From the NCBI RefSeq assembly GCF_963921235.1, contig NC_086107.1:87730001-87794000 (forward strand): DNA of 64,000 bases, written 5' to 3'. Under the pieces are notes generated by a model. The model saw nothing but the letters and a program-made list of their open reading frames with translations, was not told the DNA's origin and did no database searches. The translations under genes were made by a program, and so were the position numbers. Of this stretch, positions 12,623 through 26,300 are shown piece after piece. The stretch is from Mobula hypostoma (lineage: Eukaryota). Each line of letters opens with the position of its first letter. Position 1 is the first letter of the stretch.

Positions 12623-13316
12623 CAATAGGTAACCAAAGACTGTGGCAAATTTCTGCAGACACATGTTGCAGAGCCTCCAGACTGGTTGCATCTCTGTCTG
12701 GTATGGAGGCCTTAGTGTGCAGGATCAGCAGACGCTGCAGAGGATTAGGCAGCTCTGATACGGGCAGAGCCCTCCCCACTGTCGAGGATGTCTTCAGGAG
12801 GCAGTGCCTCAGTAAGGTGACATCCATAATCAAGATCCCTCCCCATCTGCGGCATGCCCTCTTCTCATTGCTACCCTCAGGGTGGAGGTTCTTTTCCTCT
12901 GCCATCAGATTTCTGAGTGGTCCAAGAACCATTTGAACACGAGTTCTTTTCTTTTGTGTTATTCATTTATTAATTTACAGTCATTTTGTCCTTGCACAAT
13001 ACTGCTGCCTCAAAACAACAGATCTTACATCATAGCCGCCAATGGTAACAAATCCGATTCTGATTATAAAGGAGCTGGTTGTTGAAACTGGAATGTGTAG
13101 AACATTCCCGGAAAGGATGATCAATTTGTGGAATTCTCTCCTTGAGCCGGAGGCTGATGGGGGGTGGGGGTGGGGGTAGAGGTAGATAAATATTTCAACG
13201 ATTGAAGAATGGGAGGGGATCCAGCAGGTGGGGAGGGGGAGGACAGTTGGTGAGGGGGGAAAGAGTATTCGGAGAATGGGAGGGGATAGTTGGCGATGGG
13301 GGAAATAAAAGAGTAT

Positions 13317-13990
13317 TCGTGGACTGCTGAGATGAGATTCAGTGGGTGGGAGCGGAACAGAGTCGATGATGGGGCAGAGTGTTCGTGGACTGTGGGAGGG
13401 GATTCAGTGTGTGGGAGGGGAAGAGAGTCGATGGGGCAGAGTGTTTGTGGACTGTGGGAGGGATTCAGTGGGCTGGTAGAGTTTGAGATTGGGGTGAATA
13501 TTTGTGGACTGTGGGAGGGATTCAGTGGGCTGGGAAAGTTTGAGATTGGGGTGAATGTTCGTGGACTGTGGGAGGGATTCAGTGGGCTGGGAAAGTTTGA
13601 GATTGGGGTGAATGTTCGTGGACTGTGGGAGGGATTCAGTGGGCTGGGAAAGTTTGAGATTGGGGTGAGTGTTAGTGGACTGTGGGAGGGATTCAGTGTG
13701 TGGGAGGGGAAGAGAGTCGATGGGTCAGAGTGTTTGTGGACTGTAGGAGGGATTCAGTGGGCTGGGAAAGCTTGAGATTGGGGTGAATATTCGTGGACTG
13801 TGGGAGGGATTCAGTGGGTGGGCAGAGAAGAGCTGGTGATTGAGGACAGTGTCTGTGGTCTGTGGGAGAGCAGTCAGTGGGCTGGCAGAGTTTGTGATTG
13901 GGGTGCATGTCCATGTCTGGTGAGTGCTGGGGGGTGGAAAGAGAGTCGGTGATGCGGCAGAGTGTTCGTGGACTGTGATAGGAGATTCAG
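13317..13990. repeat. 57-bp minisatellite (~10 degenerate units) just downstream of the RUSF1 stop
   Basis: GTGGACTGTGGGAGGGATTCAGTGGG recurs at 13447, 13504, 13561, 13618. Confidence 0.9.
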
Positions 13991-14143
13991 TGGATAGAAG
14001 GGATGGGGAAAGGATATGGAAGCGGGGGGAATTCGAAGGATGGGTAGAAGAGTCAGGAATGGGGTAGTGTTTGGACAGGCGAGTGCTGGGTATCACGTGG
14101 GTGGGGGGGATTCCCTGCCCTCCGCTTGCCCTGCCTGGTCTGG

Positions 14144-14316
14144 TCACTGGTCCTTCTTGTCCCCGGGACCCCAGCGGGCTCGCCACTCGTCAGGCCCCAG
14201 CTGATGCCGCTCTGTCAGCCAGCCCGAGCTCCGGGCCCCCGACACCAGCCCCGGGAACAGCTGATCAACCAGGAGGTGGGTAGCTGAGACCACGTCCCAC
14301 AGCCGCTCATCCTGAG
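14144..14316 (-). CDS. RUSF1: RUSF1 coding exon 13 (last, includes TGA)
   Basis: ttgctgcag| AQDERLWDVVSATHLLVDQLFPGLVSGARSSGWLTERHQLGPDEWRARWGPGDKKDQ*. Confidence 0.92.
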
Positions 14317-17300
14317 CTGCAGCAAGCAAGAGAGAGAGAAAGGGTCATCAGAGAGGGGAGAGGGAGTGCCGGTCACGTGGGGAGCGGTGTCTCGTGGCTG
14401 TGGTTGGGACTGGTGAAGGTTCTGAGACAGATGACGCTATAGGTACGTACCAGTGCGGATCGAGGCTTGGAGCTCTGCTAACTTGCGATGCTCCACTCGG
14501 AAGCCCGTCAGGTCCCGGTGAAGCAGCAGGAGAAGGAGCTCGGCATGGATAGCAGCCTGGATAATGTCCACACTCCCGGCTCCCTCCCTCAAGCATATGC
14601 TCACCTCACCTGTAAAGACAGTCCCGTGTCACCCCAAGGTGCTGCATACATGCCATTCTACCTCCTATCTACTCTTTCCACCCCCACTCCCGTGACACCA
14701 TCTTCTCCGCTTCTCCCGGGACAGGGCCTCGGACATCTTGTCCTTTCTCCCCCCGACCCGCCCCCGACCATTCTGTGTTGGGGCTCTGGACATACTATCT
14801 TCACTTCCGCGCCCCCCCACCAACCCTCCAGTACAGGATGTTGGACACGCCATCCTCTCTCTCCCTCCCTCCCCACCCCCCCCCCACCGGGATAGGGCAT
14901 CAGACACACCGTCCTCTTCCCCCACTTCTATGTCACGTCATCCTTCCCCCTCCACCCGGGACCGGGTAACAGGACCTGCCTTCCTCTCCACCACCTGTGG
15001 AATAGGACCCCCCACCCCACCCCCCGCGAGCCCCAGAATCGGGTCTCACGATGAATAATACTGACTCACCAGTATCTCGATGTATTCCCAGTAAATAATT
15101 CTTACTGTTGTTTTCTATAGCCCGTTGATATTCAGCAACACTGAGTACAAGAGAGTGGGACAGCCGTTACAGGTCGGATACTGATCGAGACGGGGCGATC
15201 AGGGTGTATGCATACAATTACAGATTTCCAGGATGGATTTACAGTCTGGGATCTAATCCAGGACGTTCCAAGATTATATGCAGAACAACAAAACTCTGGG
15301 AGTGGTTACAGTCTGAGGTCTAGTCCAGGGTTCTGTGGGTTTATATATTGAATAACAGATCTCCAGGAGTGGGTTACAGGCTGGGATCTAATCCAGGGTG
15401 AGGTGGTATTTACAACGTGTATTATAGGTAGCCTTTTGGTTCCCTAAAGTTGTTATAGCTGGGGGTGGTAATGGGGACAAGCTCCCACTGCCTATTAAAT
15501 GCTCCCAATGGGGTTTGCCTCAAATTGCCTCTGAAAACCAAGTCTAGCTCCTGGCCTTCGCATGTGGTTACTAAGCCTGAAGGAGCTGTTTCTACTGACA
15601 GAAGAAGGGGCCAAGGCGGGTTACAGGCACCTCAAAACCAGTCACTTTGAGCAAATAGAATTTGTCAGCCGTGGTTGGCAGCTCATCCAGAGGGAAATTC
15701 TGATCTCAAACTTCTGCTGCTTTACGGCTATACCCGCTCAAGGGGAAGGCTTCTGGAGTAAACCCAGAGGAAAAAATCCGGAGCAGGAGTCCCTAGGGCA
15801 GTCCGACACTGAGTTCGAAGCTGACTGGCAAATCCTGTGACGCTGCTGATACCAAATTGTATTGGTCTCTGCAGTTCCTTTGAGTTCATCAGATGTGAGG
15901 AGAGGGGGAGCTTGCTACATGGGCAGCAACTTGCTCTCTGTATCGTACTGCCCTGGCTTGCGTATCTACACAGTTAGGATGTAACATCCATGGTTGACTC
16001 CGACCGACGGAGGCCTCACGCACTCACACATTATAGGCAGGTGGGCGAGTTGGCAGTTTGTACCTACCTCTGGCAGATGGTGTGTAGTGGAGCTCCCAGT
16101 CGTACAGTCCCTCTACGCCAGAAAGCTGGAACAGAGGAGGGAGATTAGTTGTTAGGGTTACAGTAGCTGAGGAATTATCCATGAAAAGCATAATTTATGT
16201 TTGCAATACTGTATACATTCTAGATATAGACTCAGTGACCACTTTATTAGATACCTTCAGTACCTAATAAAGTGGCCACCGAGGTCATGTTTGTGGTCTT
16301 CTACTGTAGCCCATCCACTTGTTGTGTTCTGTGCTCAGAGACATTCTTCTGCACACCACTATTGTAACACATGGTTATTTGAGTTATTGTCTCCTTCCTG
16401 TCAGTTTGAACCAGTGTGGCCATTCTCCTCTGAACTCCCTCATTAACAAGGCATTTCCACCCTCAGAACTGGCACTCACAGGACATTTTCTGTTTCTTGC
16501 ATTCTCTGCAAACTCAAGAGACCTTTGTGTGTGAAGATTCCAGAAGATCAGCAGTTTCTGAGATACTCAAACCACTCCGTCTGGCACCAACAATCATTGC
16601 ATAGCCAAAGTCACTTAGGTCACGTTTCTTCCCCCATTCTGACATTTGGTCTTAACATCAACTGAACCTCTTGACCATACCTGCATGCTTTCATGCATCG
16701 AGTTGCTGCCACATGATTGGCTGATTAGAAATTTAAATTCATGAGGTGTATAGTTTACCTAATAAAGTGGCCACTGAGTGTACCGTTTGTACATTCCTGA
16801 CATGTAGATGGGTATAGGTAATGTGGCGGATGTGGAGTGCATGGACTATCTCACTCTACCCGGTGAATTGAGGAGTTTCCCATTACATTACCTCTTCCCG
16901 TCTATGGGTGAGGAATGTGGCAGATGTGGAGTGCATAGACTAACTCATTCCACCCAGCGAGGTGAGGAGTTTCTTGTTACATTCCTCAACTATAGACGGG
17001 AAGAGGTAACATGGCAGAGGATGAATGATTAACCCCCCCCTCTCCATCCCTGCGTTGGACTGACCTGGTAGGAGGGGCTCCCGGGGATTGATGGAGGCAG
17101 GCAGAGGGACAACCCCCTCCCTCAGGAAAGTGTCGAGCAGCAGCCGGAGACGAGCATTGTTCAAAGTCTCCATCACCACAGCCCGAACAGCGCGGTAGTT
17201 GGCGAACAGATGGAGGATGGTGAATAGGGCGAAGAGCAGGTGGGTCAGGCTGTGGGGGGAGGTGAAGAAGATCCCATGTCCAAGATTCACACCTTTTCCA

Positions 17301-20300
17301 ATTTCACCACTCTTCCTTTTTTCACACCCTTCCTCTGCTCTCCGCCTTGAGCTTCTCCTCTTCCCCCCTACACCTGCTTTCCCTCCATTATCTCCCCCAC
17401 CCCTCTGTCTGCCCCTCCCCACTCCCACCTTCCCTCTGCCCTCTCTCTCTACCTCCCCCTTTCCACCCACACTTCCCATACGCTCTCCCTACTGATGTGC
17501 CAGTTCCAACTCTGGGACAGCCCATCACTCCCATTCCCCAGGTACGTTCAGGCTGCACTCAGGTTAATGCCAGCGTCACGGTTCAGGGCTGGGGTCAGTC
17601 ACAGGCCGGAGTTAAAGGCTGGGGTTTGTGGTCCAGGTCAGGACTGGAGGTCAGCTTGCAGTTGGAGGTCAGTGTTTGAGGTTAGGAGTCAGAATTTGGG
17701 TTCAGTTATGGATCAGTGTTTGCAATTGGAGGTTGGAACTGGGCTCAGCAGTGCAGAGTTTGGGGTTAGCTTGGGGTCAGGGTTTTGGCTTGGGATTGAG
17801 GTCAGCTTGCGTTCAGGGATCACGCCTGGGGTTGGGGAGATCAAGATGCCTGTTGAGGGTCAAGGGTCAAAGTTTGAGGTCAGGATTGGGGTCAACTTTG
17901 TGTTCATGGGTCAGCACCAGGGTTAGGAGGGTCAAGGTTCGTGATCTGGGTTAGAGGTTGAAGTTGCATTTGGGGTCGGCTGGGGATCGTAGGCAGGTGT
18001 CAGTTTTGAGGGTCCAGTAGTCAGGGTCTGGAGTTGGGTGGGATTAGGGTCAGCTTGGTTTTCGGGTTGGCCTGAAATCAGGGATCAGGGTTAGGAGTCA
18101 GCCCATCATTGGGCGTCAGCGGTGCAGGGTATGGGGTTGAGAGTGAGGTCAGTTTGGTGATGGTTGGGGTTTGGGACTGGGGTCGAGGGTTGCGACGGGC
18201 GAATGACCAAGGGTCCAGGGTTGGGGGACTCTGCTCGCGTACAGAAGGTTGTCAGCAGTGAGTGGAGCCAGAAGTGCGCCGGCGGAAAGTCCAGCCAGGT
18301 TCACCAGGGTCTCCTGTAGAGGTAACACACAGGACAGAGGGTCAGTGGCTGGTGTCCCTCTCCCACCCAGCCCCTCCCTCTCACTGCCCATCACCCTCCC
18401 CCACATCAACCCCTCCCCCTCCCCAACGTACACCGTAACCCTCCTCACCACCTTTGCCTTGCACCTCTCTTTCCCTTCCAAAGGCCCTTGCTTTCTGTCC
18501 TTCTTCCTTCTTACTCTCTCCATTCTCTTTCATCCTGACCTCTCTGCTTCCTCTCCTCTCCCCTTTCCCCTGACCCTCTTCCTTCCCCCACCCCTTATCC
18601 TCACACCCTTCTCCACCATCTTCCCAACCTCTCATCCCCCCCTCCACCTCTCTTCCCCTCCCTCCCATTCCCCACCCCCCTCACCTGACTGCCATCTTTG
18701 GCTGACACATCAGCCATGTTGTCTCTCCGGGCCTGGTGAACTGTCAGTGCAGCCCTGGTCGCACCTCCAGCCACTCCCACCACCGACTATGGAGAAAGAG
18801 AGAGAGAGAGAGCATGAACAGGGAGAGGACAGGACACGGTGGTGGGAGGGATTGGGATGGGGCAAAACAGTTCCTTCCCAGTGACAAACCTTTATCAGCC
18901 TTGCCACCAGTGACCCACCTTCAACAAGCAGGATACGCAGATGATGAGAGTGAAAATCGTTGGAAAGGCTGGGGCGGTGATCTCAATGAAAATGGCCAGG
19001 TCATTAAGGAGGTCAGCAAACAACCTGGAGAAGGACAGGGAGTGACGGGTCAGACACAGAGTGAAGCTCCCTCCACACCATCCCATCACACACTCCTGGG
19101 GGTCAAATACAGAGTGAAGCTCCCTCAACACCGTCCCATCACACACCCCCGGGGGTCAAATACAGGGGGAAGCTCTGTCCGCACTGTCCCATCACACACT
19201 ACCAGGGTCAGACACGGGGAAGCTCTCTCCGCACTGTCCCATCACACACTACCAGGGTCAGACACGGAGTGAGGCTCCCACTATACCGTCCTGTCACATA
19301 CTCCCAGGGTCAGACAGAGTGAAGCTGCCTCCTCATGGTCACATCACGCACTCCCAAGCAAGACATAGAATAAACCTCCCTCTGCACCATCCTGTCACAC
19401 ACTCCCAGGTCAGACATGAATTGAGTCGCCAAGGGTCTTGTGTCCAAGGTTTGAGAAACTCACCTCCACTGCTTGGCGTCCTGATCCAGTTGTGTCCTGC
19501 AGAAATAAAGACAGGGTCAGGCAATGATGTTCCCACTGCCCAGCCCCACAGGATCACGGTTCTGGACCCATATTCAGGTGGCGGGGTGAGTGAGAATACC
19601 CTCTGGAGGGGGCAAGGAGGGAAAATCAGAGGATGTTCTACAGTTGATTCCTGTGGTGGGGGGTCTGCATCTATAGAAGCAGACTGTTTAGAACCAAGGG
19701 GAAGGGTAATCTTGTCAGGATCCATCGGATTCTGAGGGCAGAGCTGGAGGTGGGGTGGATGGGTGGGGGAAGGGGATCTCTCTCCTGCTGGGAGGGGAAA
19801 ACATGGAAGTGTCCGTGTCTGACCATGAGTGTGTGTGATAGGACAGTGAAGAGCGAGCTTCACTCTGCGAATGACCTCAGGAGTGTGTGTGATAGGGAGG
19901 AGTTCCATTTCGGGATAAAGGAAGGCAAAGACCGTGTGAGATTAAATTGGAAATTGAAACAATTTGCAAAGTGGGACATCTTGAGGAGCTAAACCAAGTC
20001 AGGACCTGCACAGTAAATTCTTTGGGGTGTGTTGTAGAACAGAGAGACCCAGGGGTACAAGTACTTATTTCCCAAAAAGTGGACAGGGTGGTGAAGGAAA
20101 TATTTAGCACACTGGCCTTTATCAGACGCGTAACTGAGTACGAGAACTGGGGTGCTGGTGAGGCCCCACTTGGAGTTCAGGTCACCCAGCTATAGGAAGG
20201 GTGGGATTAAGCTGCATAGGGAACAAGAAAGATTCACCAGGATGTTCCCAGGACTGGAAAGCTTGGAGACACAGGACAGGGTTGTTTCTGTTTTTATTCT

Positions 20301-23300
20301 GGAGTGAAGGGCGCTAAAGGGTGACCTGACAGAGGTTTATAAAACCCTGAACTGTGTAGATAAGGTGGGTGGTCATGGTCGTTCTTCCCCCAGGGGAGGG
20401 AAGTCTAATACTAAAGGGAATAGGTTTAAGATGAGAGGGGAAAGGTTTAAAAGGGCAAAATTTGCCACACAGTGTGTGGTGGGGATATGGGATGACCTGC
20501 CAGAGGAAATACAATTAAAAAGCATTTAGACAAGTACGCAGATGGGCAAGGTTTAAAGAGATACGGAAAACTGGGAGCAGCTCAGAGGAGCTGAGTGTGT
20601 CCAGGAGTGGCTAAATTGCTGTTTTGGAGGAGTTGGGAAACAGAAGAGAGGCTGGGATCATGCGGAAAGAGGCAAGGAGGGGAAGGAGCTCTGACAGGGA
20701 GGCAGAGGAGTTGTGGGGTGGGGATGAAGCCACTGGCTGCCATTTCTCCATATGTCTGGGTGCCGCACGCTCGATGGTGGCAGGGGTGGGGGGGGGGGTT
20801 TGAGGTCGGGGATGGTGGAAATGACTACAGCAACAACACTCACCCCTTCAACCAGGCAAAGAGGATCCGGCCGATCATTCCGGTGCCGTCTGGAAGAGTG
20901 AGCACACAGATAGGTCAGAGATGTGGGTGACAGAGGTCTCTGAGTCATAGGCCATGTAAACAGGTCCTTTGGCCCAATTTGAGCAAGACGTCCCATCTTC
21001 TCATTTTGGCCATATCCCTCCAAACCTTTCCTACCTGTCACTGGTCCAAGTATCTCTTAAACGTTGTTAATGCACCCGTCTCAACCACTTCCTCTGGCAA
21101 CTCCTTCCAAGTACAGACAACCCCTGGTTGAAGAGGTTGCCCATTTAAATCTTCCTCAGCTTAAATCTCTGTCCTTTGGCTCTTGGTTTCCCAACACCAG
21201 GAGAAAGACAGCGTGAACTCACCCCACCTATGCCACCCCACTACGATTTTATTCACCTTTGTATAAAGCTGGGAAAACTGCCTGGAAGATTTTGCAGGGA
21301 TTCGAGGGACTGAGCTACAGGGAGAGGTTTAGCAGGCTAGAACTTGACTCCTTTGCTTATATCTTTGGAAACAGCTCTCTTTCTATCTTTGATATCTCCT
21401 TTTCATCCTTTTCAAGGCTCTTTTGAAGACCCTGACCAGGAGTTAAACTCAGACTTCGGTTCTTTGCGGGAATGGGATACACGGTCAGGGCCTCATGACT
21501 GGCCGCTTTTTGATATCCCAAGGATGCGGCCTGGAAGGCAAATGCGCCTTCAGGCTTCCGGACTTTCGTGCCTCTGGAGATGGGCTGATTCTAGGCCGGT
21601 GCCCCTGACTGAAGCACTGCAGGAGAACACGGAATATCAGGAGCAGCGGATTAGCTGCTGGAGGTCGTGTGTCCGGAGAGCTGCTTCTTGATGGTGCCGA
21701 CTCCCTGGGTGCAGAGCTCGGAATAAGTGATGCTACAGTCTTTTAACACTGTGAATCAATGTTGTTTATTATGTCGTCCCTCTCGCTGTGAAACCTCTTT
21801 TTCCCTTACGAGGGAGAAAGAGAACCTGTGATATGTCAAATTACCGGGTGAACGAGTAGTCTTTGGGGTACTGCAAGTCTGTGATTTTATTGATGCTTTG
21901 CTGCACACTTGAGTGCACAGCGGAGGGCACTGATGCTTTTTGCTGGTGGGAGTGGTGGTGGGGAGGGGGGGGGTCATTGCCTTGCTGCTGCTTGTGTGTG
22001 GGAGGGGAGAGCTGGGGGGGTTTTGGGGTTCTAACATTTTTTTATCTGTCATTCGTTCTTTGGGGCACTCCTCTGTTTTCATGGATGTTTGTGAAGAAGA
22101 AGAATTTCAGGATGTAAATTGTATATATTTCTCTGACATTAAATGTACCTATTGAAGTACATTTATTATCAAAGTATGTATGCAGTATACAGCCCTGAGA
22201 GTAGTCTTCCCCACAAGCAGCCAAGAAACAAAGAAAACCGTGGAACCCATTCAAAGAATAAATATCAACACCTCCCACCCTGCCAAAAAAAATCACGTCA
22301 ATAGCAGCAAAAAAAAAGAGCAAAAAACACAAAATGGAAAGAGTGCAGATATATTCAATTCAGCTCAGAGTTCATTATCTGCAGGCTGCCCTGATTCAAA
22401 ATCACCTAAAATAAAAACAAAAGAAAAAGTGACCAGAAACCAGAAACACACCATAACATGAAGATAGTGCAATCCACAAGCTGAGTTGATTAAACCTTGC
22501 CCAAGACCCAGGACCATGGTAGCATCTCCTGATAGCCTTGAGGGAGAGACAGAGATTGTCCAAATGCAGGGACCTTCCTTTGGCAGTAGCCAGCGAGAGG
22601 CTGGTAGGTGGTGCCCCGCCTTCCGCACTCTCCTCAAGGATTTCAATCTTCCTTGTCACTTTAATTGGTGAGATATGGAGTCGATCATGGGCTCACGTGC
22701 CGACTACAGGTTTTTTGACCTCTAGGCCGCACGCTTCACTCGAAACACCTTCTGAGTCGGCAAAGAGCCAGGTTGTTCAATTGACCCAAAAAGCACACCA
22801 GAATGTCGATCACAGGCTCCAACACCAGTGGAACCACATTCGAAAGAAAAAGACATAAGACAAGTGAAAGAAGTAGTTTTGTGAACCTTCTGGAGGATAT
22901 CACACTTGGTCGTGTTATCCACTGGTGCCAACGAGGGGTGATCTTACAGAAGTATATAAAAACCCAAGGCGCATAGACAGGGTGAATGTGCACAGTCTTC
23001 TTCATTGGGTTGGAGAACCAAAAACTAGATGACACAGGTTTAAAGTGAAAGGGGAGGGACTTAATAGGAACGTGAGAGGCAACTTCTTCCACACAGAAGC
23101 TGTTCCGTACATGAAACAAACTGCCAGAGGAAGTGGTTGAGGCAGGTACAATAACAATACTTAAAAGACACTTGGACAGGTACATGGATAGGAAAGGTTT
23201 GGAGGCATATGGGCCAATTATGGGTGAATGGGACCCACTTCGATGGTTAACTTGGCTAGCATTGCTTCCGTGCTGTGTGATTCTTATGATTGAAAGACAC

Positions 23301-26300
23301 TGGTCAGTGTACAGATCTCCCCGAGGGAGAGAGACCAAAAGACACCTGTCAGTGTACAGATTTCCCCTGAGAGAGAGACTGAGAGACACCGGTCAGTGTA
23401 CAGATCTCCCCTGAGGGAGAGAGACCAAAAGACACCTGTCAGTGTACAGATTTCCCCTGAGAGAGAGACTGAGAGACACTGGTCAGTGTACAGATCTCCC
23501 CGAGAGAGAGAGAGACTGAGAGACACCGGTCAGCGTACAGATCTCTTAACCGAGGGAAAGAGACTGAGACACTGGTCAGTGTACAGATTTCTCTGAGGGA
23601 GGGTGACTGAGAGACACTGGTCAGTGTACAGATTTTCCCTAAGGGAGAGAGACTGACAGACACCAGTCAGTGTACAGATTTCCCCTGAGAGAGAGACTGA
23701 GAGACACTGGTCAGTGTACAGATCTCCCCGAGAGAGAGAGAGACTGAGAGACACCGGTCAGCATACAGATCTCTTAACCGAGGGAAAGAGACTGAGACAC
23801 TGGTCAGTGTACAGATTTCTCTGAGGGAGGGTGACTGAGAGACACCGGTCAGTGTACAGATTTCCCCTGAGGGAGAGAGACTGACAGACACCAGTCAGTG
23901 TACAGATTTCCCCTGAGAGAGAGACTGAGAGACACTGGTCAGTGTACAGATCTCCCCGAGAGAGAGAGAGACTGAGAGACACCGGTCAGCATACAGATCT
24001 CTTAACCGAGGGAAAGAGACTGAGACACTGGTCAGTGTACAGATTTCTCTGAGGGAGGGTGACTGAGAGACACCGGTCAGTGTACAGATTTCCCCTGAGG
24101 GAGAGAGACTGACAGACACCAGTCAGTGTACAGATTTCCTCTGAGGGAGAGACTGAGAGACACCGGTCAGCGTACAGATCTCCCCTGACGGAGCGAGACT
24201 GAGACGCACCGGTCAGTGTACAGATTTCCCCCACTGCCAATCCCCTTACCTTTCAGCATCCAGGTGAGGGAAGCAGCAGCAACTGTGGCAGAGCTGTCCC
24301 CGACCCCCACACCCCTCAACACCGCCTGCGTGGCCAGGGTCCCTGTGAGAGTGCTGGCGAATGCCTGAGGAGGGGGAAGAGGGAGATGTTCTTAATTTCA
24401 AAATTGAGAACATTCATGACAGAGAAATATATATGAATAGAAGAAGTAGTGCAAAAAATATCCTTTACGCTCTTAGTCTGTACATTACGTAGTGTAAACC
24501 TTGGAGAAGAGAAAAAAGGATAGAAACATAGCAGCTATAAAGTCATAGAGCACTGAAGTACTTCCAGTCCTTTTCATTTGTACCAAACTGTTTTTCTACC
24601 TAGTCCTCTCAACATACGGCCAGACCTGAGCATTCTATACCCCTCTCATCCAATGCACACAAAATACTGAAGGAAGTCAGCAGGTCGGTCAGCATCTATA
24701 GAGTGGAATAAACAGTTCACATCGGGCCGAGACCCTTCATCAGTACCGGAAATGAAGGAGGCAGAAGTCAGAATTTTGATTCGCTGATCATTGATTCTGC
24801 GTTGCTCAAGATCGCCAGCATCTGCAGAATTGCTTACATTGATGTATCCATCCAAACCACTCCTAAATGTTACAACTGAACCCGCATTCCCCACTTCTGC
24901 TGGCAACTTGTCCCACACACTCGCACCACCGTCTGAATGAAGAAGTTCCCCCTCAGGTTTCCTTTTCACCCCAAACCTCTGATTCCTAGTTCTAGTCTCA
25001 CCCAGCCTCAGGGGAAAAGCCTACATGTACACCGCTTATAACTCTGTGTACATTGCCCTACCTGGCTCCCTGGGGGAGAGCCCGTTCCTTGTTTGAAGGG
25101 CTTCTCACCCACCTCAGCTCCTCCATGTGCAGTAGTGGAAGGAACTACAGGAGCCACAGAGAGATATGGATAGGTGAGTGATTGAGCAAGGATCTGCAAG
25201 GTGGAGTACAACATGAGCTCATCCACACTGGAGGGAAAAATAGACGATCAGATGATGCCACGGTGGCATGGCAGGTAGTGCGACTCTATTACAACTAGGG
25301 GTGTCAGAGTTCAATCCCAGCATCCCCTCTAAGGAGTCTATACGTCCTCAACATGGAATGCGTGGGTTTTCTCCCGGTCCTTCGGAGTCCTCCCACAGTG
25401 CAAAGTTCAAACTCCCACGGTTAGTAGGTTTATTGGTTATGCAAATTCTCTCGTGATTAGGTGAGGGTTAGATCAAGGGTTGCTGGATGGGGCAGCTTGA
25501 AGGGCTGATATGGCCTTTTCCACTGTGTCTATCCTAATAAATAAATAAACAAATATTTAAATGGTGAAAGATTGCAGCTTGCTGTTGTACAGAGGGAGTT
25601 GGGAGTGCTTGTGCATGGATTGCAAAAGGTCGGTTTGCAGGTGCAACCAGTTATCAAGGAGGCAAGCGGAATGCTGACCTTTAATGCTAGAGGAATTAAA
25701 TTTAAGAGCAGGGAAGTTATGATGCAGCCGTACAAGGTACTGGTGAAGCTGCACCCAGAGTACTCGTACAGTTCTGGTCTCCATACTCGACGAAAGATAC
25801 ATTGGCCTTGAAGGCCGAGCAGAGGAGATTCACCAGGTTGATTCTGGAGATGACGGGGTTAACCCAAGGAGAGACTGAGACGTCTGGGACTTTACCCACC
25901 GAAATTCAGAAAAATGTGAGGGGATTTCACAGAAATATATAACATTATGAAAGGAATAAATAAGATAGATGCCAGAAAGTTATTTCCAGCAGCTTCAAGA
26001 TTCAGGGGAATAGATTTAGACTGGAGGGGAAGAGGAAATCCTTTTCCCCGGAGAGGACTGAATTAGTGGAATTCTTTGCCCAGTGAAGCAGTAGAGGCTA
26101 CCTCATTACAATATACTTCAAACACAGTAAAATATGGTAGATTTGCACATAGCGGGGGAATTAAGGGTTACAGGGCAGATAGGTGAAGTTGAGCTCATGG
26201 CTTGTTCAGCGGAGATTTTTCTGAATGGTGACGCAGGCTCCAAGGGTCAGATGGCCAACTCCTGCATCTGTTTCCTGTGTTCTTTAGCCTGTACCATGAC

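Larger units (their letters stand above)
9913..13070 (+). mobile_element. Rex1/Babar 3' portion split by a nested DNA-transposon/CR1 stack
   Basis: SQGYVLRPMLY (decayed PQGCVLSPLLY) and SKTKELIVDF left of 10404; LPTVEDVFRRQCLSKVTSIIKIPPH..LFSLLPSG and a (GATTCT)n tail right of 12622. Confidence 0.7.

Noticed and set aside
13290-13775. ORF with 19-aa repeats (GLWEGFSGLGKFEIGVNVR)
   Set aside because: Product of a 57-bp minisatellite; no ATG start or splice support
23293-24230. CRISPR-like repeat/spacer appearance
   Set aside because: Intervening sequences are themselves repeated GA-rich variants; eukaryotic intron; no cas genes
24712-24750. Third hammerhead on the minus strand
   Set aside because: CTGATGA is present but the GAAA core is lost; the copy near 63560 lacks CTGANGA
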